Assembly (NCBI GenBank): GCA_963798085.1
Contig: CAWCRS010000012.1
Location: 32,986-96,985, forward strand
Reading direction: 5' to 3'
Source: an uncultured Gemmatimonadales bacterium
Lineage (GTDB): Bacteria > Gemmatimonadota > Gemmatimonadetes > Longimicrobiales > RSA9
DNA length: 64,000 bases
Made by a program: the position numbers and the translations under genes. Positions 38,501 through 47,946 of the stretch are shown in pieces (position 1 is the stretch's first letter; every line of letters begins with the position of its first letter). The notes beneath the pieces were generated by a model. That model was not told the origin of the DNA. It was given only the letters and a program-made list of their open reading frames with translations, and made no database searches.

Positions 38501-41301
38501 TCGTCGCGTGCCGTGAACGTGATGGTGTAGCTGCCGCCCGAGGGCGGCGTGAAGGTGCAGGGTACCGGATCCGCCGCGGTACGCACTGCGCAGTGCGCCA
38601 CCGTGTCGGCAACCCAGCCACCGATTTCATCGACCTGGCCATCGCGTGTGCGACGCACCGTGTGCCATTCGCGGCGCACGATCACGCCTTCGACGCTGAT
38701 GCCGCTCAACCGCTCGCCCTGCGGGCGCACGGTGATCAGTTCCAGCGTCACCGGCTGGTCCGCGGTCCAGAACCAGCGATTGCCGCTGGTGCGCGCGCCG
38801 ATGTAGAAGCTGGCGGGATGCACGGTCATGCTCACGCCCGCGGACACCGTCTGACGGTTCGCGTCCGTGACCGTGGCCGTGACCGTGGCGGTCGCCGGCC
38901 GGCCATCCGGTGTCGGCGGCAGCGGAATGCGCAACTGGCGCTGGCCGCCCGCATCGAGCGTGTCGCTGCCCTGCGCCGAGACCTGCAGCGACTGATTCTC
39001 TTCCCACCAGTTGGCGCTGGCGCCCACCGTGAAGTTCTCGGCGCCGGGAATACTCACGCCCCATGGCTGCGGTGTCAGGCGCAGGTACCAGCTGATCGGG
39101 GAGTGGGCCATGGGTGCGCCGAACAGGTAGCGCGCGCTCAGATTGACCCGCGCGGTGTCGCCTTCTAACAGCGTGTTCGAGCCGGCGGTAGCGTCCAGCA
39201 GGAATTCCGGCGGCCGGTACTCCGCCACCTGATAGCTGGTGTTGTCCAGCGTCTTCCACTGGCCGCGCAGCCGGCTGCGGATCTCGATCGTGTACCAGCC
39301 CAGCTGCAGGTCCGGCGAGAGGCGCAGGCGGGCGTCCGCAGTGCCGAACGCGGACAGCGTCACCGTCGTGTCGCGCAGGACGCCGCCCTCGCGGTCGTGG
39401 AAGATCCACTGCAGCGAATCGCCCGGTACGGCGCGCAGCTGCCCGAGCGTGCCGCGGCGCACGATGGCCTTGGCGTACACCGATTCGCCGGGGCGGTAGA
39501 TGCCGCGCTCCGTGAACAGCGCGGCCGCGGCGGGCTCGCGCTGCATCGCGAAGGCGCCGCCAATGCTGAAGCGCCAGGGCGCGAGGTCCGGGTCCCACGC
39601 GTTGACGCCGACGAGCGCGCGATCCTCACTGGTGCGGGCGACGACGTAGCCTTCGAGTCCGAAGCAGTCTTCACACGTCTCGTCGCCGTCCGCGTTCGGG
39701 CGAGGCGGCTGGAAGCGCAGCTCGGCCAGACCACGCGCGTCCGTCGTACCCGTGGCGAGCACGCGGCCCTTTGCATCGTGCAGCTCGACGGCGACGCCAT
39801 TGCGCGGCAGGCCATCGTTCACGCCGGTGACCCAGACCACCCCTTCGTCGACTCCAATGCGCGCGTGCACACCCAGGTTCGTGACCTGCACCAGTGCTAT
39901 GGGCCTGTTAGCGCGTGCCATGCTGTCCAGCTGCGTACTGCCGATCTGCACGGCGACCAGCGTACCGCCGGCGCGGGCCGCGCTCTGCGGCAGCGGCACG
40001 CCGCTGATGCGACGCTCGTCGCGGCCGCTGCTGACGGAAATCCTGCGCGTGACCGCGCCCGCCTGCAGCGCGCGCCACGGCTCCTGCCAGCCCCACTCAC
40101 GCGCCAGGAACTGCGACTCCATGCTGTCGGGCACGACCACCGACGTGACGGTGAGCGTGTCGACGTTCACGTGCTGAACGGCGAGTGTGCGCAGACCCTC
40201 GCGCTCCACCAGCATGCGACCATAGTCGTAGGAAACCGCCGGCGAGTACCCGGTCGTGCGGAACGGCTGCACCGTCACACCGGTCAGCGTCTGCGCGAAG
40301 ACATCCCTGGCGGACGCGTCGATCACGACCGCGTACGATGTGCGCGGCTCCAGCTGGGCATCGAGAACCCACTCCGTGGACTCGTCACTGCTGTCGCGCA
40401 CGGTGAACGGTTGGGCCGGTATGATGCGCAGGTGTCGCAGCACTTCGCTGCCGCGCACGGGCGTGGAGAAGACAATGCGCACGGGTCCCGTCGGGCAGAA
40501 CACGGCGCCGGCCAGCGCGCAATCCGCGCGCCGCGCGCGGAACGGGCCGTACGTGCGGAACGTCCACGCCAGCAGCGGACTGTTGGGACTGCCTGCCTGG
40601 GCGGGCAGCCGCAGCACGACCGCGCAATCGAGGGGCAACGGCGTGACGGGCGTCAGCTCGACGACGCGTCGCAGATCACGACTCGTGTCCGGCATCGGGC
40701 CATTGAGTCCGGTCCAGCGGAAATAGCCGGGATCGCCTGCGCCAATCGGATGCTGATCGCGCGCACGCAACGCGATGACAGTACCGCCGCAGGAACGATC
40801 CAGCAGGGCAGATGCGCGCGCCGCGAAGGACGGCAGGTCCACGGGCGCGCTGAGCAGCACGCGGAACACGGGCTGTGCGGGCAGGTACAGCGCGCGGCCG
40901 CCCCCGGAGGCGGGATCACCCGCGAGCACGGTGGGCGGGCTCACGCGGAATGTGTACGTGTACGGCTGCTCCAACGCACTGCCGTCCATCGCCTGGAAGC
41001 GCGCCGCAATGGTCACCGTGTAGCTGGCGCCGGGTGTGAACGGGCGATCCGGCGTGAAGCGCAGCGTGAGCGGATCGCGCCACTCGACGTTGCCGGCAAC
41101 TGCAGGCGAGATGCCGAAGATGCTGCGCGCGCTGATGCTCTCGTCGAGACCGCCGGCAACGGGTCGGTCGAATGTGATCGTGACATCCGCAGCCGGACTC
41201 GCGGGCGATGCGGGCGTGGCGCGCAGCACGCGCAACGGCCCGGCCGCCGGCGCCACCAGGTTCAGCGCGGCAAAGAGGATTGCAAAGCGAAGGGTGGACA
41301 T
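35551..41301 (-). CDS. Bacterial alpha-2-macroglobulin
   Basis: 1916 aa, signal peptide, Big_5-like N-terminus, FTERGIYRPGE, AVDEGVL, LPDNLTTFR, thioester CTEQ (37099-37110), EEMY. Confidence 0.95.
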   Translation of the reverse strand: MSTLRFAILFAALNLVAPAAGPLRVLRATPASPASPAADVTITFDRPVAGGLDESISARSIFGISPAVAGNVEWRDPLTLRFTPDRPFTPGASYTVTIAARFQAMDGSALEQPYTYTFRVSPPTVLAGDPASGGGRALYLPAQPVFRVLLSAPVDLPSFAARASALLDRSCGGTVIALRARDQHPIGAGDPGYFRWTGLNGPMPDTSRDLRRVVELTPVTPLPLDCAVVLRLPAQAGSPNSPLLAWTFRTYGPFRARRADCALAGAVFCPTGPVRIVFSTPVRGSEVLRHLRIIPAQPFTVRDSSDESTEWVLDAQLEPRTSYAVVIDASARDVFAQTLTGVTVQPFRTTGYSPAVSYDYGRMLVEREGLRTLAVQHVNVDTLTVTSVVVPDSMESQFLAREWGWQEPWRALQAGAVTRRISVSSGRDERRISGVPLPQSAARAGGTLVAVQIGSTQLDSMARANRPIALVQVTNLGVHARIGVDEGVVWVTGVNDGLPRNGVAVELHDAKGRVLATGTTDARGLAELRFQPPRPNADGDETCEDCFGLEGYVVARTSEDRALVGVNAWDPDLAPWRFSIGGAFAMQREPAAAALFTERGIYRPGESVYAKAIVRRGTLGQLRAVPGDSLQWIFHDREGGVLRDTTVTLSAFGTADARLRLSPDLQLGWYTIEIRSRLRGQWKTLDNTSYQVAEYRPPEFLLDATAGSNTLLEGDTARVNLSARYLFGAPMAHSPISWYLRLTPQPWGVSIPGAENFTVGASANWWEENQSLQVSAQGSDTLDAGGQRQLRIPLPPTPDGRPATATVTATVTDANRQTVSAGVSMTVHPASFYIGARTSGNRWFWTADQPVTLELITVRPQGERLSGISVEGVIVRREWHTVRRTRDGQVDEIGGWVADTVAHCAVRTAADPVPCTFTPPSGGSYTITFTARDDAGHVATTSLMRWASGRDWVPWNDQSKLKMDVVADKPTYDVGDTATVFFASPFTDAEAWVTVEREHVMESRRIRITSGATTLRFPITDAYAPNVYVSIIVARGRSAPPGPLDDPGRPTIRVGYAELRVLPSVKRLTVAVQPQPKPGVSSAGAGPVEYGPGDSARVALDVKDAAGRPQQSEVTLWAVDEGVLALTGYQLPDPVSLLYAERGLGVRLASNLVSVAPQIPEGLKGRRAAGGGGGSELAGILRSRFQTTAFFLGSVITDHAGHALAAAKLPDNLTTFRVMAVAITAGDLYGSGQSAILVTRPLLARPALPRFVREGDRFTAGVVVNQRAGGTPRVQVDANATGIRLDGKNRKTDQLAAGRGVEVRFDFRALAGDSAHFQFEAAAAGDRDAVAVGIPIRPSYHPLAATLAGVLKDTATAEFTVRDDVDPARSTLSVSFGSSVLAVIDGARTSLRVYPWYCTEQISSVALPVVALYRARRQLGLDSQAAALEADVQTAVRTLARRQTSNGSIGYWSASDWSSPWLSAYAGRVLLEARNAGVPVDSTVLERLADYLGSSLHDEEWVRSPVAWWFRDLRGKLSEHVAAADFLSRMGRPDVAIENSLLQQAARLRWEDRVQLATLFARRRDARTARSLLESIWATVNVEGRRAVLPSTAHDGHYFYSLARPAALLLQATLAVQPDHPLVGPLVETLVDHGRIDAKLEWNTQDLGWTVLALSDYQRFDRNAGSARITVRGPKGNLFSTTLEGVGEHATLHDTTLSLAKLVSKNDRGERVVRLSLNAQSSGSSAAGVPAYFFATVTEVPKTPPVDPVYRGIVVERWYERVDTKQPTVSVAEGDLVRVRLRVTVPDERHFVVVDDALPAGLEPVDLSLRTVAAPGVTFPDYQPGQQDWPEGEGWWYGSWDAGLWSPFDHRELRDDRVVYSATVLWKGTYTATYLARATTAGTFIVPPAWSEEMYNRGVNGRTGGSTFTVTRAAGK

Positions 41302-41697
41302 GGCTGGTTACCTCCGGGGCGGCCAACGCTGGCGAGCCGTGCGGCCCAAACTGCGGACAGGCAGCAGCCTGGCGTTCACCAGGCTCGCGGTGAACCGTAA
41401 CCGAAGTATCGGACGCGTCTGTCGCCACGCGATGCCCGGTTGCGGCTTCCCATCCCTGTCGTGACGCGCCCGCCGTGGCGGTCCGCGCGTCGTTCACGTA
41501 TTCTTGTTTCCAGTCTGCGACGCGACGCTCTCGCCCGCGCAAATTCGAACTCGACGCAATGCTGCTGCGGCTCCGCACAAATTCCACGTGCGGTCGCCAG
41601 GCAATGGCATTTGCCCCGTTCCCGATGCGCGCTGCGTGTCTGCGTTCGACGCTGCCCATACGAATATGCATTTTTGATGCCGTGGGGAGGGAATCCG

Positions 41698-42303
41698 ATG
41701 GCGGAGTCGAAGGTGAGCGGAGCCACGGGCACGCCGGATGATGCCGGCGTTCGCGCAACCGATGCCGGGGACAGCACAACAGAATCGAAATCGACCGGCT
41801 CCACCGCTCGCCGCCGCAGCCGACCTCGCCGCAGCACCGCCGCCAGCCGCAAAGGCGCCCGCAAGGACGCCAGTACCTCGCACGCCGCACCGCCATCGAC
41901 AGGCGCGCGCAAGTGGCGCGCACGCAAGCGCACGGAAAGCGTGGTGTCGGCCGCACCGCCATCGCCGGCAACGCCCGCGGCAGAGGATCGCGCGCGCGTG
42001 AGCGCGAGCCGCACCATCCTCGTGCCTGCCGGCGTGCTTTTCAGCGCATGGCAGGACACGCGCTATCGCCGGCGCTGGCTGGGCGATGGCGACTTCATCG
42101 TGCGCGCCGCGGTGCCCGGTCGTTCACTGAGCATCGCGTGGGAAGATGGGAGCCCGGTCGAAGTGCAGTTCCACGCAAGGGGCGTGGAGCGAACGCAGGT
42201 GACGATCGAGCAGGTCGCGCCCGACAACGCCGGCGAGGTTGCCCGATTGAAGGAACGGTGGAAGGAGAGGCTGGGGCGGTTGAAGGAGGTCCTGGAGAGT
42301 TGA
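41698..42303 (+). CDS. Hypothetical protein: basic low-complexity N-terminus plus SRPBCC/Aha1-like C-terminal domain
   Basis: GGGAGG RBS before ATG 41698. VSASRTI..P...LFSAW.D...RRRWL and WKERLGRLKEVLE resemble SRPBCC-type proteins. Confidence 0.6.
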   Translation: MAESKVSGATGTPDDAGVRATDAGDSTTESKSTGSTARRRSRPRRSTAASRKGARKDASTSHAAPPSTGARKWRARKRTESVVSAAPPSPATPAAEDRARVSASRTILVPAGVLFSAWQDTRYRRRWLGDGDFIVRAAVPGRSLSIAWEDGSPVEVQFHARGVERTQVTIEQVAPDNAGEVARLKERWKERLGRLKEVLES

Positions 42304-42411
42304 GGGCGGCGCGGTTGCCGGGGGGTGGGTGGGTGTCAGGTTGCGGCTGGCTGTCGGCGGGTCCGGTGTCGGGTTCCAGGGCGAGGGCGCTGGGAACGGA
42401 TCAACGGCATC

Positions 42412-42468
42412 ATCATCACACAGAGGTGAACGGCGGGGGACGGAGGTTGGGGAGGACGGAGTACGGAA
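42412..42468 (+). repeat. Single degenerate copy of the 55-bp CACACAGAGG family
   Basis: ATCATCACACAGAGGTGAACGG...GAGGACGGAGTACGGA resembles the units at 28921. Confidence 0.6.
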
Positions 42469-42554
42469 GTGGGTGAGGCGGGGGGAAAGACTCGTGGCGG
42501 GGATGTTGAATGGGAAGGTGAGGACGGAACGAGTCTCGGGGAAGGAGCAGAACG

Positions 42555-43187
42555 ATGCGTGGCGTTGTCGCTTGTGGTCTGTTGCTGCTGCTGGGAATGC
42601 CGTTGCGGGCGCAGGGGCCGGCGAAGGGGGTGTTTCCGGAGGGGTACCGGGTGCGGCCGGATGATGCGCAGGCGAGTGTGTCAAACACGGTGTTTGTGGC
42701 GATGGCGCCGGGCTGGCACATCACGACGGGGCCGGCGGCGGTGCTCTATTCCTCTTCGAATACGGCGAGTGGCGCGTTCCGGCTGAGCAGCGAGAGCTAC
42801 CTGTTCGATCCGGGCGCACGCAACGAGGCGTACGGCGTGGTGCTGGGGGCGAGGGGACTCGAGGGCGGGCAGCCGTCGTACGTGGCGTTCGTGATCCGGC
42901 GCTCGGGTGAGTTCGCGGTGCTGCGGTGTGAAGGCGGCCGGACGGGCGCGCTGGTGCCTTGGTCGGCGAGCGCGGCGATCGTGCGCTTCCAGGGTGGCAG
43001 CGAGGGCACGACGGCGAAGAACGTGCTGCAGGTGGACGCGGGCGCCGATTCGGTGCGCTTCCTCGTGAACGATCAGCGGGTGGCGGCGCTGGCGAGAGGG
43101 CGAGTCGCGGTGGATGGCGTCGTGGGGCTGCGCGTGGGAGAGAACGTCAACCTGCACGTGACCAGCCTGGACGTCAGCGCCCGCTGA
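42555..43187 (+). CDS. Secreted hypothetical all-beta protein
   Basis: Signal peptide ending LRA-Q. MAPGWHITTGPA..LY, EAYG, GVVGLRVGENVNLHVT. Confidence 0.75.
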   Translation: MRGVVACGLLLLLGMPLRAQGPAKGVFPEGYRVRPDDAQASVSNTVFVAMAPGWHITTGPAAVLYSSSNTASGAFRLSSESYLFDPGARNEAYGVVLGARGLEGGQPSYVAFVIRRSGEFAVLRCEGGRTGALVPWSASAAIVRFQGGSEGTTAKNVLQVDAGADSVRFLVNDQRVAALARGRVAVDGVVGLRVGENVNLHVTSLDVSAR

Positions 43188-43253
43188 GCTGCGGGGGTGC
43201 TTGCGGCACGCGGGTCTTGCGAGCGCGCGCGGGTGGGCCCTACATACCCGCCC

Positions 43254-43616
43254 ATGCCAATGGAGCGGGTGGGCCGCGGCGAGTGGATCACGAAGACGGA
43301 GTTCCACGACCGCCTGATGCGCTGGTACCGCGAGACGCGCGAGCCGCTGGTGGGTGATGGCGATGCGGACGCGCGCACGGCGTGGATCTGGGTGCGCGAC
43401 GGTCATCGGCTCGTGCGCCTGTTCGCGGACACCACCCGCCAGGCGGTGGGCGAATACCTGGCGCTGTTGCGCCAGCATCGGGGTGTGGCCGACTGGCACG
43501 TCGTTCCCAGTGCGACCGGCCAGCTCACCAAGATCGTATTCGGCCCGGCGCGTACCGCACTGGATGGCTTCCACCTGTACATTGACGCCCGCACCCGGCC
43601 GGCGCGCGACCGCTGA
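43254..43616 (+). CDS. Small hypothetical protein
   Basis: Open frame with GC3-biased codons filling the gap between genes. Start uncertain. Confidence 0.6.
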   Translation: MPMERVGRGEWITKTEFHDRLMRWYRETREPLVGDGDADARTAWIWVRDGHRLVRLFADTTRQAVGEYLALLRQHRGVADWHVVPSATGQLTKIVFGPARTALDGFHLYIDARTRPARDR

Positions 43617-43644
43617 AGCGTCCCTCGCCGTGCGAACACGCGTG

Positions 43645-44809
43645 TTATTTGCCTGTCGCGTGCCAGGCCTTGAGCACTTCCGCCTCTCGCTCGGCCGGGA
43701 TGCCGGACTTCAGCGTCTTCTGCCTTTCTTCGGGCCGCGAGTAGTGGAACTCGAGCGTTGCCTGCGCGGTGTCCGCCAGTGTGCGCCACGTGGCGCCGGC
43801 CGCGATCTCGCGTGACAGGTCGAACCTCGCGAAACCCTCGAAGCCGGGCGTAGGCGGACGCCACACGGGCATTCTCGGCGTACGGCCGGATCTTGTTCTG
43901 CTGCAGGAAATCGAGCGGCACCCACGTCCAGCTCAACGGCGCCTTCGTGATCGCGGCAATGCCGTAGAGCATTTCCGCCATGGATCGGCCATTCTTCGGA
44001 CCCACACCCATGAACGTGCCGAACGTGTGCTGCTCGCAGAGACGCACGGCCCAGTCGCACAGGTCGCGCACATTGATGATCTGCACGCGATCGACATCGG
44101 GATTGCCGGGCGCCATGATCTCGCCGCCACGGTCGATGCGCGCGGGCCAGTAGGTGAAGCGGTCCGTGTCATCGCCGGGGCCAACGATCAGGCCGGGGCG
44201 GACAATCGTCGTGCGCTCGCCGAAGATGCGCTTCGCTTCCTTCTCCGCTTCAGCCTTGGCCAAGCCATACGGCCTCGTCTTCCCGGGGCTCCAGTTGGGC
44301 GTCGTCTCGGGCGTATAGACCGGCGCGTCCACGGTCGCCGGCACCATGCTCAGGTCGCGATAGACAGAGCGCGTCGAGATGAAGAGGTACTGGCCCGCAT
44401 GATCCTTCAGCAGTGTGGCCGCATCGCGCACCCACTCGGGCGCGGTGCCGGCTGACGCGGAGTTATCAATGACCGCATCCCACGTGCGACCCTTGAGCGA
44501 CGCGAGGTCGCCGGTATCGCGGTCACCCGTCAGCTCCTCGACGCCGGGGAACATGCCCGGGTGCTTGCCGCGGTTGAAGATGGTGACCTCGTGGCCACGC
44601 TCGAGCGCGTAGCGCACCTCATGCGGGCCAATGAAGCCGGTGCCGCCGAGGATGAGCAGTTTGATCTTGCGCGGCGGATCAGGCGGGCGCACCGCATCTG
44701 GGGCCTCGGCAGCGACGCCGGATGCGCCGAACGCGGGCTTGATGCCCAGTCCCAGAGCGCCGCCCGCGGCGGCGGTGATGCGGATGAACTGCCTCCGATT
44801 GGTGCTCAT
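43645..44809 (-). CDS. Tat-exported NAD-dependent epimerase/dehydratase, one indel at about 43872
   Basis: NRRQFI Tat motif, ILGGTGFIG, YGLAKAEAE (YxxxK), RPGLIVGPGD.TDRFTYWP. The C-terminus continues in ORF 43645..43872 (MPVW...). Confidence 0.88.
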
Positions 44810-44892
44810 CGCTTGTCCTCGTGGCCTCGGGTGGGAGCCGTGCGCAGCAGCCGGCGGGCAAATCTCTCGCCTGTTCCACGCTTCGTCAAATC

Positions 44893-45070
44893 TCATCGCA
44901 CAGCGGAGGGCGCCGAGGGGAGCGGAGGGCGCTGAGGACGGATTTGCGGATCATCATCACACAGAGGCTGAACGGAGGAGCGGGGGGCTCGGAGGACGGA
45001 TTTACGGATCAACGTCACACGGAGGTTCAACGGAGGAGCGAAGGCCGCTGAGGACAGATCGACGGATCAC
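44893..45070 (+). repeat. Three degenerate tandem copies of the CACACAGAGG...GAGGACGGATTTACGGATC family
   Basis: Units end GAGGACGGATTTGCGGATC, GAGGACGGATTTACGGATC and GAGGACAGATCGACGGATC at about 59-bp spacing. Confidence 0.8.
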
Positions 45071-45505
45071 TGACGCGAGGAGGTTGGGTGGTCACGGATC
45101 TCAGGGCGTGGGATCAACGACTGAACGGATTCAAGGGGATCACTGTCACGAGGAGGTCTTGTGGTGGGGGATTCAGGAAAGGGGATCACGCGACTGAACG
45201 GATTCGATGGATCCCTGGTCGGGAGCGAATGTGGCAGAACGCGGATCGCGATGCGGGAGACAACGGATGGGCGACCGGAAGTATCCATTCCGTGTGAACG
45301 AATCGGATGATGTGGCTGGAACTGAGCGCCTGGCTCGGGGCGGCGAAGGGGCGCGAGGTGGAGGGGACGGGCGCGCGGCGGACTGAAACTCCGGCGCGTG
45401 CTGCGCCGTTGATTCAGGCAGAGTTGGTGGCGCACTGCGTGTGCGGGCAGCACTTTCCCCTCCTGATGGCTTGGCAGTCTTCGCGTCGTTGCGGTGAGTG
45501 AGGGT

Positions 45506-47929
45506 ATGGACGGCTTTGTGAAGGACTTCCGGTATGCGTTCCGGCGCATCGCGAAGAGTCGGGGGTTTTCGGCGCTCGTGGTGCTCACGCTGGCACTCGG
45601 GATGGGCGCGAACACTGCCATTTTCAGTGTGGTGGACGCGGTGCTGCTGCGGCCGTTGCCGTATTTGAACCCGGACCGGCTGGTCACCATTGAGCACCAT
45701 TATCCGGGCCTCGGCCTGGATGCACCGGTTTCGGCGGTGGGCTTTCGTGATTATCGCGACCGGACGCACAGTTTCGCGTCGGTGGCGGTGCAGTCACCGT
45801 GGGGCGCGAACCTGACGGGATACGGCGAACCGGTGCGCATCGCGGCTTCACGAGCGAGCGCGCAGTATTTCTCCACGCTCGGCGTGGCGCCGGCGCTGGG
45901 GCGCACGTTTCTCCCGGAGGAAGACGAGCCGGGCCGGCACTACGTGGCCGTGCTGTCGTGGGGGCTATGGCAGAGGCAGTTCGGCGGCGCGGCGGACATC
46001 CTGGGCAAGTCCATCTCGCTGAACGGGGAACCCTACCTGATCATTGGCGTGATGCCGGCCGGATTCCGCAGCTTCTTCGGCCGCACCACGGAGCTGTGGG
46101 TGCCGCTGGCCCTCACGGCGCAGCAGTTCGCGCAGGGTTACACCAACGAATACCTGTCACTGACGGCGAGACTCAAGCCGGGCGCGACCGTCGAGCAAGC
46201 GGCCGCCGAGATGCACCAGTTCGCGGAAACGCTGAAACAGGAACGGCCCGACCAGTTCCCCAGGGACTGGTCGCTCAAGGTCACATCCCTCGATGAAAAG
46301 GCCACCGGCAACATCCGGCCGGCACTGCTGGTGCTGCTGGGCGCGGTGGGCTTTGTGCTGCTGATCGCCTGCGCCAATGTGGCTAACCTGCTGTTGGCTC
46401 GTGCGGCGGGCCGGCTCAAGGAAGTGGCGGTGCGGCTGGCACTGGGCGCACGGCGCTGGCAGCTGATCCGGCAGCTGCTGGCGGAGAGCACCGTGCTGGC
46501 CCTGGCCGGCGGTCTGCTGGGTGCGTTCCTCGCCTGGGCCGGCATTCGCGCACTCACGCGCGCACTGGACGTCTCGGCACTGCTGGGCCAGAACGTTGCC
46601 GTGGACGGCAAGGTGCTGGCCTTCACGGGCCTCCTGGCACTGGCCACGGGCATCCTGTTCGGCATGGCACCGGCGCTGCAGAGCACGAAGACCGACGTGC
46701 AGGAAACACTGCGTGAAGGCGGCCGCGGCGGCGCCGCCGACCGGTCGGGCCAGACAATGCGCCGGCTATTCGTGGTGGCGGAATTCGGCCTGGCACTCTC
46801 GCTGCTGGCCGGGGCCGGCCTGCTCATGCGCAGCTTCGCCCGCCTCGAGGGCGTGGACCCCGGCTTCGCTCCTGACAACCTGTTAACGGCGACCGTGGCG
46901 CTGCCCGCCACGAAGTATCCGAACGACACGGTACGCGTCGCATTCTTCGACCGCCTGCTGGCGCAGCTGGCGGCTGTGCCCGGCGTGCGCGCCGTGGGCA
47001 CGACGCAGGTGCTGCCCTTCGGCGGCTCCTGGTCGACCAACAGCTTCAGCGTCGAGGGCTACACTGTGCCGCAGGGACAGAACGGGCCCTGGGGCGATCT
47101 GCGCATTGTCAGCCCGACGTACGCGCAGGCCATGAAGATTCCGCTGCTCAAGGGGCGTTTCCTCAGCGACCAGGACGGTCTCAATGCGCCACGCGTCGTG
47201 GTAATCGACGAAGAGATGGCGAAGCGCTACTGGCCGGATGCCGATCCCATCGGCAAGCGCATCACGTTCAGCGACCCCGGCGATCCGAACGCCGTGTGGT
47301 GGCAGGTGGTGGGCGTCGTGGGGCACACCGCGCACGAAGGACTGGATGCCGAACGGCGCTCGCAACGCTACTACTCCTACCGCCAGCTGCCCGTGAGCGC
47401 GGCATCCGTCGTGGTACGCACGCAGGGCAACACCCTGCAGTACGTCAGCGCCCTGCGTCTGGCTCTGCACAATGTCGACGCCGAGCAGCCGCTTTCGAAC
47501 ATCGCCCCCATGAGCGACCTGATCGACCGCTCCGTCGGGCAGCGCCGGCTGGCCATGCTGCTGCTCATTGTCTTCGCCACCATCGGCCTGCTGCTCGCCG
47601 CAACCGGCATCTATGGCGTCATGTCGTACAACGTGACGCAGCGCGCACAGGAGATGGGCGTGCGCATGGCGCTGGGCGCCGGCCGCCGCGATGTGCTCGC
47701 CATCGTCATGAAACAGGGCCTCGCCCTGGCCGGCACCGGCACCGCCATCGGTCTGCTGGGCGGACTCGCACTTACCCGCGCGCTGAAGAGTCAGCTCTTC
47801 GGAATCCAGGCGACCGACCCGGTCACGTTCGCCGCCGTCACCCTGCTGCTCGTGGCGATCGGCGCGTTCGCGACCGCACTCCCCGCCTGGCGGGCCACCC
47901 GCCTCGACCCCATCCAATCCCTCCGGTAA
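45506..47929 (+). CDS. Duplicated MacB/FtsX ABC permease (ADOP-like)
   Basis: KDFRYAFRRIAKSRGF, LLIACANVANLLLAR, second FtsX half GIYGVMSYNVTQR..EMGVRMALGA, RLDP. Confidence 0.93.
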   Translation: MDGFVKDFRYAFRRIAKSRGFSALVVLTLALGMGANTAIFSVVDAVLLRPLPYLNPDRLVTIEHHYPGLGLDAPVSAVGFRDYRDRTHSFASVAVQSPWGANLTGYGEPVRIAASRASAQYFSTLGVAPALGRTFLPEEDEPGRHYVAVLSWGLWQRQFGGAADILGKSISLNGEPYLIIGVMPAGFRSFFGRTTELWVPLALTAQQFAQGYTNEYLSLTARLKPGATVEQAAAEMHQFAETLKQERPDQFPRDWSLKVTSLDEKATGNIRPALLVLLGAVGFVLLIACANVANLLLARAAGRLKEVAVRLALGARRWQLIRQLLAESTVLALAGGLLGAFLAWAGIRALTRALDVSALLGQNVAVDGKVLAFTGLLALATGILFGMAPALQSTKTDVQETLREGGRGGAADRSGQTMRRLFVVAEFGLALSLLAGAGLLMRSFARLEGVDPGFAPDNLLTATVALPATKYPNDTVRVAFFDRLLAQLAAVPGVRAVGTTQVLPFGGSWSTNSFSVEGYTVPQGQNGPWGDLRIVSPTYAQAMKIPLLKGRFLSDQDGLNAPRVVVIDEEMAKRYWPDADPIGKRITFSDPGDPNAVWWQVVGVVGHTAHEGLDAERRSQRYYSYRQLPVSAASVVVRTQGNTLQYVSALRLALHNVDAEQPLSNIAPMSDLIDRSVGQRRLAMLLLIVFATIGLLLAATGIYGVMSYNVTQRAQEMGVRMALGAGRRDVLAIVMKQGLALAGTGTAIGLLGGLALTRALKSQLFGIQATDPVTFAAVTLLLVAIGAFATALPAWRATRLDPIQSLR

Positions 47930-47946
47930 TGTGCGTCCCCCCGCGC

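Noticed and set aside
10754..41400. Very long antisense or alternate-frame ORFs (e.g. 10754..12574 +, 12759..14822 +, 19147..21510 +, 35500..38352 +, 39397..41400 +)
   Set aside because: They are shadow ORFs expected at high GC. They overlap well-supported genes and have no recognisable motifs.
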